Positions 1 through 12,245 of a DNA stretch of 64,000 nt are shown piece after piece. Location of the stretch: positions 262,260,001-262,324,000 of the forward strand of contig OZ024742.1 in the NCBI GenBank assembly GCA_964016885.1, in the 5' to 3' direction. Both the position numbers and the translations under genes were made by a program. The DNA is from Eledone cirrhosa. Taxonomy: Eukaryota. The notes beneath the pieces were generated by a model. It did no database searches. It was not told where the DNA came from and saw nothing but the letters and a program-made list of their open reading frames with translations. Numbering within the stretch: position 1 is the first letter of the stretch; each line of letters starts with the position of its first letter.

Positions 1-734
1 TTAGCTGCTGTTATTGGATTTTTTCAGCACATCACCTCCTTAAATGAGGGTTGTTGCAGGCTTAATTTTTAATATAGGCCATGAATTTTGGGCCTAGGTA
101 CAGTTGATTTTACTAATCCATAGTAGTTGACAGTCACTTTTGTTTATTGACTTCACCATTTCAGAAAAATGAAAGGCAATATTAACTTCTGCTGGGTGAT
201 GAATGTTTTGTCCCATTCTCTACTGATACTGCATATCCACCAGACTTATAATAATAATAATACATACATAAATTTTTACTGTATAGATTTACAAGATAGG
301 AAGTTATTGTTTTTGTTTTCTTCAGTTCATAATTTTCATTATGTATAGATTATATCATGTCTCTGATACAGTGTTGACTAAGATCTTCATTGAAAAGTCT
401 CTGGTGCAAATGCTTTTTTTTTTCTGTTGTGGTTTTAATTTTAATTTTATTTGGCTGGGGAATTGTATTTTGTGTGGTGTGTTTTGGTTGATTTAAGCTT
501 ATTGTATTTTGTTGTTGGGCAGGGTTGTTTAATGAAAAATTATATACACTCTAATGGACTAAAATCCCCATTGAAAGGTCTCTCCTATAAAGAGTTTTTC
601 CAATGATAGGATTAAGTATTTAGTACACTGTAGGTTATATAGTACTAATTTATCTGTTAGCCACAACTCAACAGAAACCAGATATTGAAGGTGATTGTGG
701 CCTGTTTCATGTCTGTCTCAATCTCAGAGGCTCA

Positions 735-953
735 TCAGGCCAGTGCTTATCCCAGTTTCTATGGTATTAAGTGACTGAAAGTACAGGATGCCAGTCCATT
801 GCAGGGTTAAACCTTTAGCTATTACTGGTACTCATTTTCAGCTGAGTACACAAGAAGTGTTGTACTCAAGAACACAATGCACAATGCAATCCAAGAATCG
901 AACCCACAACATTATGATCATAAGTCCAACACCCTTACCACTAGGCCATGCTG
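735..953 (-). mobile_element. tRNA-derived SINE (Meta-domain-like), decayed
   Basis: The reverse strand begins GCATGGCCTAGTGGTAAG (A box) and contains GGTTCGATTC (B box). The central GGTACTCATTTTCAGCTGAGT resembles the SINE bodies at 23383 and 43659. Confidence 0.55.
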
Positions 954-1073
954 GGTATTTTGTGTGCTATGTTTTTTGGTTAGTTTTGGTTTGTTGTATT
1001 TAGTTGTTGGGTATGATTGTGTAAAGAAAAAATATATTTTATTTACTTTTGTTGTTGTTCTCACTTTTCACAG

Positions 1074-1206
1074 AATCCTTTCCCAGTTTGCATTCAACCT
1101 TTCACTTGACTGGGAGCTACCCAAGAAGAAAGTACCCCCAGATGGCCTTCGAGAAGGGGTCCGAGATATGCTTATCAAGCATCACTTATTCAGCTGGGAT
1201 CTCTGA
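1074..1206 (+). CDS. SGSM3: Last coding exon of small G protein signalling modulator 3 (RUN/TBC/SH3 protein); upstream exons lie outside the window
   Basis: Polypyrimidine tract plus CAG acceptor at 1071-1073. The exon reads (R)[43 protein letters not shown], matching from memory the SGSM3 C-terminus (FAFSLSQDWELP...[18 protein letters not shown]). Confidence 0.85.
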
Positions 1207-2671
1207 TATTCAATTAACTAATTAATAAGCATGTATCATTTAGACAAGGACATTCCTGTGTGTAGCTGTAGCACATGTGCACACACACACACATTCTCTT
1301 ATTGTCATACACATAGAGCTGACACCAGGCTAGCTCTACACTGTGTGTCCCCTTCCAGTGATGCACTCCATTCGCCGAAATAAAATAAATCCAACTTAAA
1401 GTTTGGCAAGCTGATGAACCTAGTTTTTGACACTTTTTGCTCTGACTACACAAAGAAAATTACTAAGCCAACATTTTCCACTACACAGTCCACACTCACC
1501 CATGTCAAATGTTTCAAGTCATAACACCATATGATCCTCTATATCACTTTGAATATTTCCACAATGCTGCTACTTAGCAAAGATATTTAGTGATTTATTT
1601 ATTGATTGCAGGAAATTATTTATATAATTATACAAATTTGTATAAAACTGTGATCCATCAAAGTTCACTAATGCTCCTTTCTGAGGTCTGTGTCCTAGGT
1701 GGCTACTTAGTTGGCTTTAATGATATTGCCATCCTTACATATACTTAAATGAACACATTTATACATACATGTATACTCACACACAATAATAATAGGGTTT
1801 GGTATGTTCTAGCAAAATAATTGTCCCTTTATTTATTTGTTAGCTGGTCTTGGAGTTAAGAATAAAAAACTGGAAATAAATGAACTTCAGTTTTTAAAGT
1901 TAATCATATACATGTATGACTGGTTGAGACCATTGACACCTCTCACCAGTGATGTCCTCATATTTTGACAGTACAAACCTTAACTGTAGTTAGGCAACCT
2001 GGAAAAAGATTAAATGAAATCTGTTTGCCAGTATGGAAAGGGGACATAAAATGATAATGATGATGCCAGGTATGTGGTAGCACAGATACATTCCAAAGAC
2101 CCAAATCTTTGATGGCACCACAGCGATAATAATAGCGATTCATATGTATACATACATGCTTGTATGTATATGATCATACATGTTCTTAAGCACATATCAT
2201 ACATATATACCCAATGGTGTCATTATTATTTCCATTATATGTCTGCATAAATGATAAAAATGCTCTTTTGTAAATAGAAGAAGAAAAAAAAATGAAATGA
2301 ATTTTCAAGAAGAAAACTACAAGAATCAGAAGGAGAAATGAAATCCAGATTTGGTATGCTTAAAAAAATAAAGAAAAAATAATCATGAATTAAAAGTTGT
2401 TATTGAAACTAAGAAATTCTTTTTCTTTTTATTTTTTAATGCTTAATGTCCTGTACCACACGAAACCAATAAGCAATACATTATTTAAATGTAGAAAACA
2501 TCACTGTGACTGCATCACATTAAAAATTGAAATCTGGTCTCTAATACTGCAAATTTCCACACTGATCTATCCATGAGTTTATATACTTTAAACATTATAT
2601 ATATGTACCGTCTAAACCCATGCTAGTGTGGAAGATAGACGTTAAACGACAATGATGATGATGATGATGAT

Positions 2672-2835
2672 AGTTATACTTTGAAAAGGTCATGCTGTTA
2701 ATAAAAACACAGCTCCAGTTGAGTTTCACTTCAATTTATTATTATAATTTTCTGTCAGTTTAATAACAAGATTGTGGTTTACTTGTTGATTGTCAAAACT
2801 CTTTTGTCACACATTCTGTGATCTCTTCAGGAACA
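2672..2835 (-). mobile_element. Decayed Penelope-like 3' end (pseudo-LTR) with a degenerate hammerhead motif
   Basis: GTTATACTTTGAAAAGGTCATGCTGTTAATAAAAACAC resembles 13630-13700 and the 3' end of the intact PLE. The reverse strand at ~2792-2835 reads CTGAAGA-GATCACA-GAATG-TGTGAC-AAAA. Confidence 0.55.
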
Positions 2836-2849
2836 GTAAGCAGCAAATG

Positions 2850-3848
2850 ACCACATGAAAGCAGGAAACAAGCGCTACCAAATTCTTGGAGGGCTCTGTA
2901 GAAATAGTAGTGCTACTTAGGTGACCAAATTAGCAATGGTGATGGGTGTTCTGAAAGTACAGTAGCCAGAGTAAGAACGGGATGGAGGATGTTCAGGGAG
3001 GTACTACCACTGTTGGCTACAAAAGGCTTCTCCCTCAGAATGAAAGGCAGACTGTATGATGCGAGCATACAAACAACTATGTTGCATCGTAGTGAGACCT
3101 GGGCACTGTGTGCAGATGACTTCCGTATTGGAAAGAAATGAAACTTGCATGCTCCGATGGATGTGTCATAGTAATATATCAGAACGGCAAAGCATAGGCA
3201 TAAGAGGAATCAAATATTGTGTGCAGGAGAGGAGATTGTGTTGGTGTGGACATGTGATGCATATGAAGAATGGCAGCTGTAAAAAAAGGTACAGAGCACT
3301 CAAAGTCGATGGAAGCCTTGGGGTGAGGTGATAAAAGCTGACCTTGCCCAATTGCACCTCTCAAAGGTGATGACACATGACCAGGATCTCTGGCAATACG
3401 CAGTAATACAGAAGACCCAATTTCCCACAAGCACAAGCTGAAGCATATATACAGTATGTCCCAATCCAACCCATCCTCCCATACACCCCCAGGAGGACAG
3501 GCCAAATTAAATGCATCCAGTGAAGGCCCCAGCCCACGCTGTAAAGTGCCTGTGATGGTGACATGGAAAAAAGTGCCCAGCCCACTCGGAAAAATGGTTG
3601 TGTAGGTGTTACGGCAAAAAGCACCCAGCCCACACCATAAAGTGGTTGCGTAGGCATCACAACAAAAAAGCACTCAGTACTCACTGTAAATTGAGGTTGA
3701 CGTTAGGAAGGGCATCCAGCTGCAGAAACTAGGCCAGAACCAGACCGGTATGAGCAAGACATGGTCTCCTGACCTACAATTGCTCACAAGACAACCCGTC
3801 TAACCCATGCTAGCGTGGAAAATAGACATAAGATGGAGGTGATGAGGA
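2850..3848 (+). mobile_element. 5'-truncated RTE-clade LINE (family B) with 3' UTR repeats
   Basis: Frameshifted RT C-terminal fragments (ERNETCMLRWMC, VQERRLCWCGHV). The 3' UTR has ~50-bp subrepeats and ends CCCGTCTAACCCATGCTAGCGTGGAA, followed by a degenerate (ATG)n. Confidence 0.75.
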
Positions 3849-4201
3849 TATGTGTATAAACACACAAAGATGTATATATAGACCATGTGTGTGTGTATAT
3901 ATATATACATACACACCATACATATATATAAATATGTGTGTGTATGTTATGTTGGTTCCACAAAACTTCCACTGTAAAGTGGTTGCGTAGGTGTCATGAC
4001 AAAAAGCACCCAACACACATTATAAATGTGGTTGGTGCTAGGAAGAGCATCCAACAGTAGAAAACCAGTCAGAAACAGTCCTATATGAGAGGGATATGGT
4101 CACCCGACCCAACTTGACTCTAAATGGGGCGAACCCATCTAACCCATGCTATTGTGGAAGATAGACATTAAACGATGATGATGATGATGGATATATATAA
4201 C

Positions 4202-4590
4202 AAATTATGAAGTAAGAAGAAGTAAAAGACACAGATATATACCTATTTTTTATTCAAAGTCCCGACTGTACAGTTTCGCTGGTCAGTGTGCAACAATTTT
4301 ACGTTATAGAGGTGCAATACCGTTGTGAGGCAAACCAGCTTTTCAAGGGAACTCCTCAGAGAAAGAGCGCTTTCCAGACACGTTTGCAGCAAGTGAGAAA
4401 ATGGTGTGCCTCACAACGATATTACACATCTATAATATAAAATTGTTGCAGACTGACCAGCGAAACTGTACAGTCAGGACTTTGAAGAAAAAATAGGTAT
4501 ATATCTGTGTCTATTACTTCTTCTTATTTTATAATTTATTACATAGATCTGATGTCGAGTCAATATAATTATTTTGATTATTTTGTATCT
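4202..4590. mobile_element. Fold-back (inverted) Penelope-like 3'-end remnant
   Basis: Arms ~4202-4340 and ~4397-4537 are imperfect reverse complements. Each contains GAAACTGTACAGTC (hammerhead stem III and GUC site). Confidence 0.6.
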
Positions 4591-5139
4591 CGTAGTCATA
4601 GGGCAAAACTGGTTATGGTCGACACCACACACACTCACATGCTTGTGAAAATATATATATATATACGTGTGTATGTATGTATACAATTATATGTGTGTGT
4701 CTCTCATTATATATATAGACATATATATACATGATGAATCTCAATTCACTACTCAGCGAACCGTCTGATGACTGCATGGAGTCGACATGGACACAGCAAG
4801 CCATAATGAAGGCAATCGTCTAAGAGAGTAGACATTCCAATTAAAAACTGATACAGGGTGGAGAAGACTCTTAAGTTTGGTAAGCCAACTTCTTTAGTGC
4901 TAGTGACATGAACAATGTGCCCAGTCTACGTTGTCAATTGCTTGGTGATAGGAAGGGCACCAGCCTGTAAAACCCAGCCAAAATCATGAAAGACACGACA
5001 AATATGATTTCCACTAGTTGTCAACACAGATCTAACACTAGTCATGTTAGTGCTGTGCATGGTAGTGGGGTGGCTAGAGTAGTCATGTGTGAGAACCCCT
5101 CGACTGTCACCAAGCAACCACACAACCTATTTCCCTTTC

Positions 5140-7927
5140 AGGTACAAAGAGCCTCTAACTAAAGAAGTAACAACAACTACAACCACGCTAAAAATCTCAG
5201 GACTGCCACCCTCAATGTTGGTACCCTGAAAGTGGAACTATTAGAGAGAAGAGGAGTAGATATATGCTGTGTACAAGAAGTGAGATGGAGAGGTGCCTCA
5301 GCAAGACTAATTACAGGCAAGCAACTTAGATATAAACTCTACTGGATAAGAAATGACAATGGGGTAGGAGGTGTAGCATCTTACTAGCTGAGAAATGTAT
5401 AGAGAAGGTGATAGAGTAAGTGACAGAATCATCAAGATTAGATTAATAGACTGTAGGAAATAGACTGGAGACAATTACATCTACCTAAGCTCTGCAGGCA
5501 GGACTGGGTAAAGAACAAAAGGACAGGTTCTATGAGGAACTTTTACAGATAACTTCAAGTACTGATAAAGGTGACATCATCCTAGCAGGCAAATTTAACG
5601 GACATGTGGGACAGTACCAGGATGGATTCAGTGGAGTTCATGGTGGCTATGGTTATGGCTCAAGAATTGAAGAGGGATTGAGGACCCTGGAATTCTGTGA
5701 TGCAAATGAACTAAACAAATTTCAGGAAACCAGCCGACCACCTAATTTCATATCAATAAGGTGAATACACAAACCAAATTGATTACTTACTTGTTTGACA
5801 ACAAGTAATAAACATTAAGGCCTTCCCAGGGGAAGAAAGCACTGCCCAGCACATTATTAGTGACATCAAAAGACAACAAGACATGCAGGAAAATATGGAG
5901 ACAGGTTTAGAAAGGCCCTACGGGATGTACTTGATGAGAGGGATGACGAGCTAGATACATACAACGTTGAGGATAACAGGGAATTCTTACACAGCACCCT
6001 TTTGTGAACTACTAATAAGGGTTGTGGCTAGAGCAAAGCATCAGCCAGGCAGAGGGTGACCTGGTGGTGGAACAGCACAGTAAAGGCAGTCATTACAGCC
6101 AAGAGAGAGGCATGGAAAGACTGGAAAAATGGGGTTAGCAGAGACCAGTACCAAATAGCTAAGAAAGAAGCTAGGTGACAGGTATACATAACTCGGAGAG
6201 AGGCTGAAGTATGTAAATTTGCTAATGTCTTGAGCTGTGAGGATCAGAGGCGGAAAATGTTCTGTATTGCAAGGCAGTGTGTTAGCATGCATATATACAT
6301 ACACACATATATACATACATATATGGCTCAAGAAATGAACAGATATGAGGCTCCTGGAAAAACTAGTAACCTGGATAGTCAATCAGGTAATACAGGACAG
6401 AGTCATACATAGTAACTGGTGCAGCAGTACAATTACAAATTGCTACAAAGGCAAAGGTGATGATCTAGAAAGAGAAACTACTGTGGAATAAAACTAATGG
6501 ACCAAGTTATGAAAATCACAGACAGTGTTATAGCACAACTAATTAGGGAAAAAATCAAATTAGATGAGATGCAATTTGATTTCATGCCTGGGAAAAGTAC
6601 TACAGATGCCTTCTTAGTGAGGCAACTACAAGATAAGTTCCTAGCCAAAAATAAACCTCTATATTTAGCTTTTGTTGATCTAGAAAAGACTTTCACAGAG
6701 TACCTTGATCTATTATCTGGTGGTCCTTAAGGAAACTAGGTATAGAAGACTGGCTTGTGAGATCAGAGCAAGCCATGTACAGATGAGCTGTCAGTAAAGT
6801 GAGAGTAGGAAGTTAGTTTAGTGAGGAATTCAAGGTACTGGTAGGAGTTCATCAAGGTTCAGTTCTTAGCCTACTGCTGTTCATCATTGTTCTCCAGGTC
6901 ATAGCAGGAAAGTTTAAAACTGGCTATCCATGGGAACTTCTGTAAGCGGATGATCTGGGCCTTATAGCAGAATCTATAAAAGAACTAGAAAATAAGACTA
7001 TGGAAACGGAATTTGGAATCAATAACCTAGCTAAGACTAAAGTGTTGATAAGTAGGAAAGAGGACAAGACTCTGATTCCATTAGGGAAATTGCCATGTTC
7101 GATATGTAGAAAAGGAGTTGGTATAACCTCTATAGAATGTACACAATGCAGATCTTAGGTACACAAGATGTGCAGTGGGATAGCAGGTAAACTAACAAGA
7201 AGGGAAAACTTCATATGTAGTAGATGTTCAGGGAAAATTGTTTGTAGAAGTGTCAGTGATAGGCACATTTATCAAATGCAGGTAGGATCTATAGGGGTGG
7301 GTGATAGCTTCTGATACCTAGGTGATCAGATTACCAAGGGAGGAGGGTGCTCCGAGGCCATAATAGCTAGAATAAGGACAGGATGGAAGAAGTTTAGGGA
7401 GTTGCTTTCTCTGTTGACAATGAAGGGTTTCTCCCTTAACGAACGAAAGGTCGGTTATATGATGCCTGTGTGAGATGCGCAATGCTTCATGGTAATGAGA
7501 CATGGGCAGCAACTGTGGAGGATATGTAACGGCTGGAGAGAAATGAAGCAAGCATGCTCCGTTGGATGTACAATGTCAATGTGCATGAACGACCAATCAT
7601 AGATGAGTTAAGAGTGAAACTGTGTATAAGAGGGATAAACTGTAGTGTGCGGGAGAGGAGACTGCGTTGGTATGGCCACATGACGTGCATGAAAGATGAC
7701 AGCTGGATGAAGTACTGCCAGGAAATCCCGGTGGAAGGAAGATGCAGTAGAGATAGACCACGAAAATCATGGGCGGAGGTGGTGAGAACTGACCTCAGAT
7801 CACTGAAACTCACAGAGGAGATGACGAAGGGCTGTGACGAATGGAGAGATGCTGTGCTGAAGAGGACCCGTCCCACACTTGCAAGCAGGGAAAAGCGGAA
7901 GTAAAATGATGATGATGATGATGAAGA
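5140..7927 (+). mobile_element. Near full-length decayed RTE-clade LINE (family A-like)
   Basis: AP-endonuclease start (TATLNVGTLK, CCVQEVRW), RT motifs (MQFDFMPGKSTTDA, LAFVDLEK) and [10 protein letters not shown], with many stops and frameshifts. Ends ...GCAAGCAGGGAAAAGCGGAAGTAAA(ATG)n. Confidence 0.85.
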
Positions 7928-7994
7928 ATATATATATATATATATCAAAAGCATGTATATGTGTGTGTGTGTGTGTCTGTCTGTCTGTATGTAT

Positions 7995-9465
7995 GGCTGA
8001 CACCTTGCATCCTCAATCAAGAGGACCCTAAACTCTAATCGAGCCAGTGACTGGGAGCACCTCTTCTATTTCGCTCCGCTCGACCTCAGCCTCCCCAACT
8101 CTAGCGCTAACTATGGCAGTCTGTCAATAACAGCTTTTGCCAAGGCTAACATTTTGTATATGTGTGCCCAATGATGCCACATCCTCTGCTTTCAAGTGCC
8201 CTCAATCCTCCACTCCCAAGGTCAGCACAAAGCGTTTACATGACTGTGTAAATGCCAAACTAATCGAGGGTGATGTCTTGGCAATGATCAGAGTTGTTGC
8301 CTCAGAGGACACCGTCCTCCACCCCACTGAGGAGGTCCTGGCTGCTCTTCGACCCAAGCATCCTAAGCTGCTCGCCAACCTCAGACCCATACCCCCACCT
8401 GATCCTTCCTTGCCCTTTGTAGCATCTGATGCAGACATCATGTCTGCCATTAAGTCTTTCCCTGCTAGCAGTAGTGGAGGTACTGATGGTTACTGACCTA
8501 GCCTCCTCACAGTGTTGCTATCCCCTCTCTCAGCCGAAGCCGGGCGCTGCCTTCTGAGTGCAGTTGTGGTACTCATCAATAGATTCACCCTGGACCCTTA
8601 TGCACGAGCCTCTTCTTTTTGGCCAGCCTGACTGCTCTCAGGAAGAAAGAGGGTGGCATATACCCCATCGCTGTGGGCAATGTCTTCCAGACGCTAGCTG
8701 CTAAGGTAGTCTGCAGGTTCATCACACCTGAACTGGACAAGGAGCTCAGATCGGTGCAACTGGAGGTCGGTGTGACTGGTGGGTGTGATGGGGCTGCACA
8801 TGCAGCTAGGCAGTTCTTCAACAGCTGCTCATCAGAACCAGCATTGAGGGACGCCAGGCACCTCATTGTCAAGCTTGACATGAGGAATGCATTTAACTAC
8901 CTCAAGGCCTGCTTCATCCAAGCCCCCTCTGCCTACTTGCTGGCCTACCTGTTGTATGGAGCCGCAAGCTTGCTCCATGCTGCTGTCACAGTGACACCTT
9001 CAGCCATTGGGTTTCAACAGGGTGACCTCTTTGATCTCAGGGTAGACCACATTGCTTGGAGCATCATGACCCCTTTCAACGTTTGGTACCCGGATGAGGC
9101 CATGTTGGGTGGGTCCATGGAGACTGTCTGCCGCAACCTGCAATTGGTGGTTCCTGCTCTCGCAAAATCAGCATTGAGGTCAACTTGTCCAAGTCGGAGG
9201 TGGTGAATGTCAACCATGACGCAGGCTTTGCAGCCTCCATCTTGGACGTGTGATTCATTCACCACAGAATGCAAATGATCCTGAAAGAGGATGTTCTCAT
9301 CCTTGGGTCACCGATCCTCCCGCCAGCAATCCGCTCCACCATCAGGTCCAGCCTCCTGCAGCTCACCAGTAGACTGGGCATGATTGATGCCCATGCAACT
9401 CTGTTCCTGTTAAGGAACTGCTTTGCTATGTCAAAGCTCCTCTACACTTTTCGTAGTGCTCGATA
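7995..9465 (+). mobile_element. Decayed CRE-clade-like non-LTR retrotransposon fragment (RT region)
   Basis: PIAVGNVFQTLAAKV, QLEVGVTGGCDGAAHAAR, VKLDMRNAFN, FQQGD and VWYPDE (degenerate YxDD), followed by ILGSPI and LFLLRNCF. Disrupted by stops and frameshifts. Confidence 0.65.
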
Positions 9466-9619
9466 CTTGTATCTCAGACAAAATTCGAAATAATATTGTA
9501 TTAATGCGGCAAAAGAATCTTTTAAAGATATATGTATAGCTCAGAAAGCATATGTAGACATTATCTATTATTTTCCAAATCAAGTTTTAATGAAAACACT
9601 ACATAATACTTTCTTTTCA

Positions 9620-9945
9620 TTTCAAATGTAGACTGACTGCATTTGAGGACTTCAGCGTCAATCACGTACATTTTTCCAATGGGTGCCCTGTATATGTCAA
9701 AGACACTGTAGGTGAAAGTGCTCTAATCTTTTGAGATGCTTTTGGTAAATGACCCAAGTCTCACATGCATACAGAAGAGAAGACAGAACACAGACATACA
9801 CTTTCAACTTTATCTCAATGGAAATACCATGCCGAGAACAAAGACGTCCGTCTAGTTTTCCAAATGCATCACATGTCTTCTTGATTCGTAGGGAGATTTT
9901 ATCATCCAGAGTATTGGTCATATTTACAGTATTGCCTAGATACAC
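9620..9945 (-). mobile_element. RTE/BovB-like LINE RT C-terminal fragment
   Basis: YLGNTV...ISLRIKKTCDAFGKL...KLKVY..LSSLLYACETW...LEHFHLQCL. Confidence 0.7.
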
Positions 9946-10170
9946 ACACAAAATTATTATGACTTTCGATATCTGGCCATAAATAATCTTTCACATCAAT
10001 CCCCCATCACTTTTAATACTACATCCAACACGGCTGGACACGTCACTAATGTTCTTTATGAAAGTATTTATTACCGATTATATCACTGATATTCTTCCAT
10101 ACTTAGAAATTATGAACGTCGACTGTTCATTAGCTGTGCATATTTTTAAGTTTCGCTCCCACAATTCATC

Positions 10171-10196
10171 ACCACTTCCGTTTCTTTATACCGAAA
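10171..10196 (+). promoter_or_regulatory. Putative core promoter / pyrimidine-rich initiator of eIF3h
   Basis: ACTTCCG (ETS-like) followed directly by TTTCTTT, ~15 nt upstream of the ATG, which lies in the strong context AAAATGG. Confidence 0.35.
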
Positions 10197-10256
10197 ATGG
10201 CGACCCGCAAAAGTGCCAAAGACAGCGTGATTGATTATGTCCAAATAGATGGACTT
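10197..10256 (+). CDS. EIF3H: Eukaryotic translation initiation factor 3 subunit H, coding exon 1 of 6
   Basis: MATRKSAKDSVIDYVQIDGL followed by a GTAAGT donor (phase 0). VQIDGL is the conserved start of the eIF3h MPN domain. Confidence 0.9.
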
Positions 10257-10769
10257 GTAAGTAATTAACAATGTTTTTTCACAGTTTCATTATGTATTAA
10301 CGGCGCTATCTTTTTACTCTGTATCTCCACTTATTTCATTTATGAAATATTGAACAGGCACATTGGCCATACGTTCTTCATTATCTTGCCGGATATGTGC
10401 CTAAGAAAGTATCATTAGAAAAAAAATGGAAGAGAAATACCGATTATAGAGTATTGTTTATTGACTCATAAACACTAGTATAATTTGTGGCGATCATTCG
10501 TATTAGGTAGACGGCTTTTGTGCATGTACGTGAAAAAGATATAAAATGATGTTACATGAATGTTACAATATTTTCTTTTCTGTCACTAATAAATCATTGG
10601 GAATGTACATGTACACAAATCAGGCACATTTCATTTTATTACGTAGGATGCTTATAGCCCCAGTGAAGTGTCTCAAATGTATAAAGCTTTGTATATGACC
10701 AGTGAGCGATTAGAAGAGGATTTCTCTTCGGATGTTTATCTGTTCTGTGCGATCTGATCAGTCTCCGTT

Positions 10770-10905
10770 TACGCCCTTTCCAATCTGAGTTCAAATCCCG
10801 CCGAGGTTAACTTTGCCTTTCATCCTTACGGGGTCGATAAAATAAAGTACTAGTAATACACTGGGATAATTGTTGGCCTTGTGCCAAAAGTAGAAACAGT
10901 TATTG
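10770..10905 (+). mobile_element. Nin/Deu-domain tRNA-SINE (further copies at ~12475-12640, 35790-35910, 38345-38500, 38538-38635, 48473-48570)
   Basis: B box GAGTTCAAATCC followed by GCCTTTCATCCTTACGGGGTCGATAAAATAAAGTAC and ending GTAGAAACA. The same sequence is seen repeatedly across the window. Confidence 0.75.
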
Positions 10906-11454
10906 AAGTTGTCACTTATATTATGCAAAACGATAGTAATGCTTTGATTAGAACCATCGGTTAGTAGTCGTATAGAAAGCTTCTATAGATTTAGGACACA
11001 TGGCACTACATTATAAATAGTTTGCAATAAAATGAACGTTACAGTGTCTGCCAATTTCATGATAATCGCATGCCTAGAACTTTCAGTAGCTGGTATTAAC
11101 GAGTTGCATAACCTGCAGATTGGAGTTTTTTCCTAACAGAGACGTGTTTGTTCCCCTTGTATATCATCATTTTACATCCACTTTATATGCTTGCATGTGT
11201 TGAACTAGTCATAGACAAGATGGGTTGGAGCGACATAATCTTGCTGATACGTTCCATATTTGCCATGGTTTCTACAGCAGGATACCCTTCCTAACGTCAG
11301 CTACCTTACTGGATACACCAATATATATATTTAAAATGAAGAAAGACCAAGGTTATCAATTTAAATCACTCTTTAATTTCTATACAGGTGATAATGGTAC
11401 ATATAGACAAGTTAATCAGAAACAGTTAATTAGCAATTATTTACACAAAACATA

Positions 11455-12245
11455 ATCATCATCATCATCATCATCATCACCGTTTTACGTCCGTTCTTCC
11501 ACGCTAGCATGGGTTAGACGGGTTGTCCTGTTGTGTGCAGTGTCTGGTCGGCTGACCATGCCTTGCTCATACAGGAACTGATCTGGCTTGATTTCTACAG
11601 CTGGATGCCCTTCCTAACACCAACCTCATTTACAGTGAGTGCTGGGTGCTTTTTCGTGGCGCCTACACGTCCACTTTACAGTGTGGGCTGGGTGCTTTTT
11701 TGCCGTGGCACCTCCACGACCACCTTGCGGTGGGGGGGGGGGGGGGCATATTGTTTATATGCTTCAGCATGTACCCATATCGTTAGGAATTATAAAAAAA
11801 GATAGTTTTATCAAATACAAATAAGAACAGACACAATAACAAATGTTGGACATTGGCAAACACCATCATCATCAACGTCCATTTTACCACGCTAGCATGG
11901 GTTAGATGAGTTGCTCTGTAAAACAAGCCAGAACTGATGACCATGTCTTGCTCATACAGAACTGGTTTTGGCTTGGTTTCTAATGCTGGGTGCTTTTTGT
12001 CATGACACCTACACGACCACTTTACAATGTGGGCTGAGCACTTTTTGTCCAGTCACCTACACGACCACTTTACAGTATGAGGTGGGGGCAGTAAATCTAG
12101 GTGTGTGTGTGAAGGGGCAGTGTGTTAGGACGTGGGCTGTGCAAGAGGGGGAAGGTAGTGCATACAAGATGCATGCTTCAACCTGTGCACATGTGAAGGC
12201 GGGTCTTCTGTATTATTACATAAAGCCAGAGATCTTGATCCTCAA
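11455..12245 (-). mobile_element. Two tandem 3'-end fragments of RTE family B or related SINE (similar fragments at ~22220-22840 and ~25728-26177)
   Basis: (CAT)n followed by CCACGCTAGCATGGGTTAGA and ~50-bp subrepeats (ACCTACACGACCACTTTACAGTG), matching the 3' UTR at 53657-54040. Confidence 0.7.

Noticed and set aside
10785-10805. tRNA genes at GTTCAAATCC motifs (also ~12525, 38357, 49632)
   Set aside because: They are SINE B boxes followed by the Nin/Deu core, with no cloverleaf.
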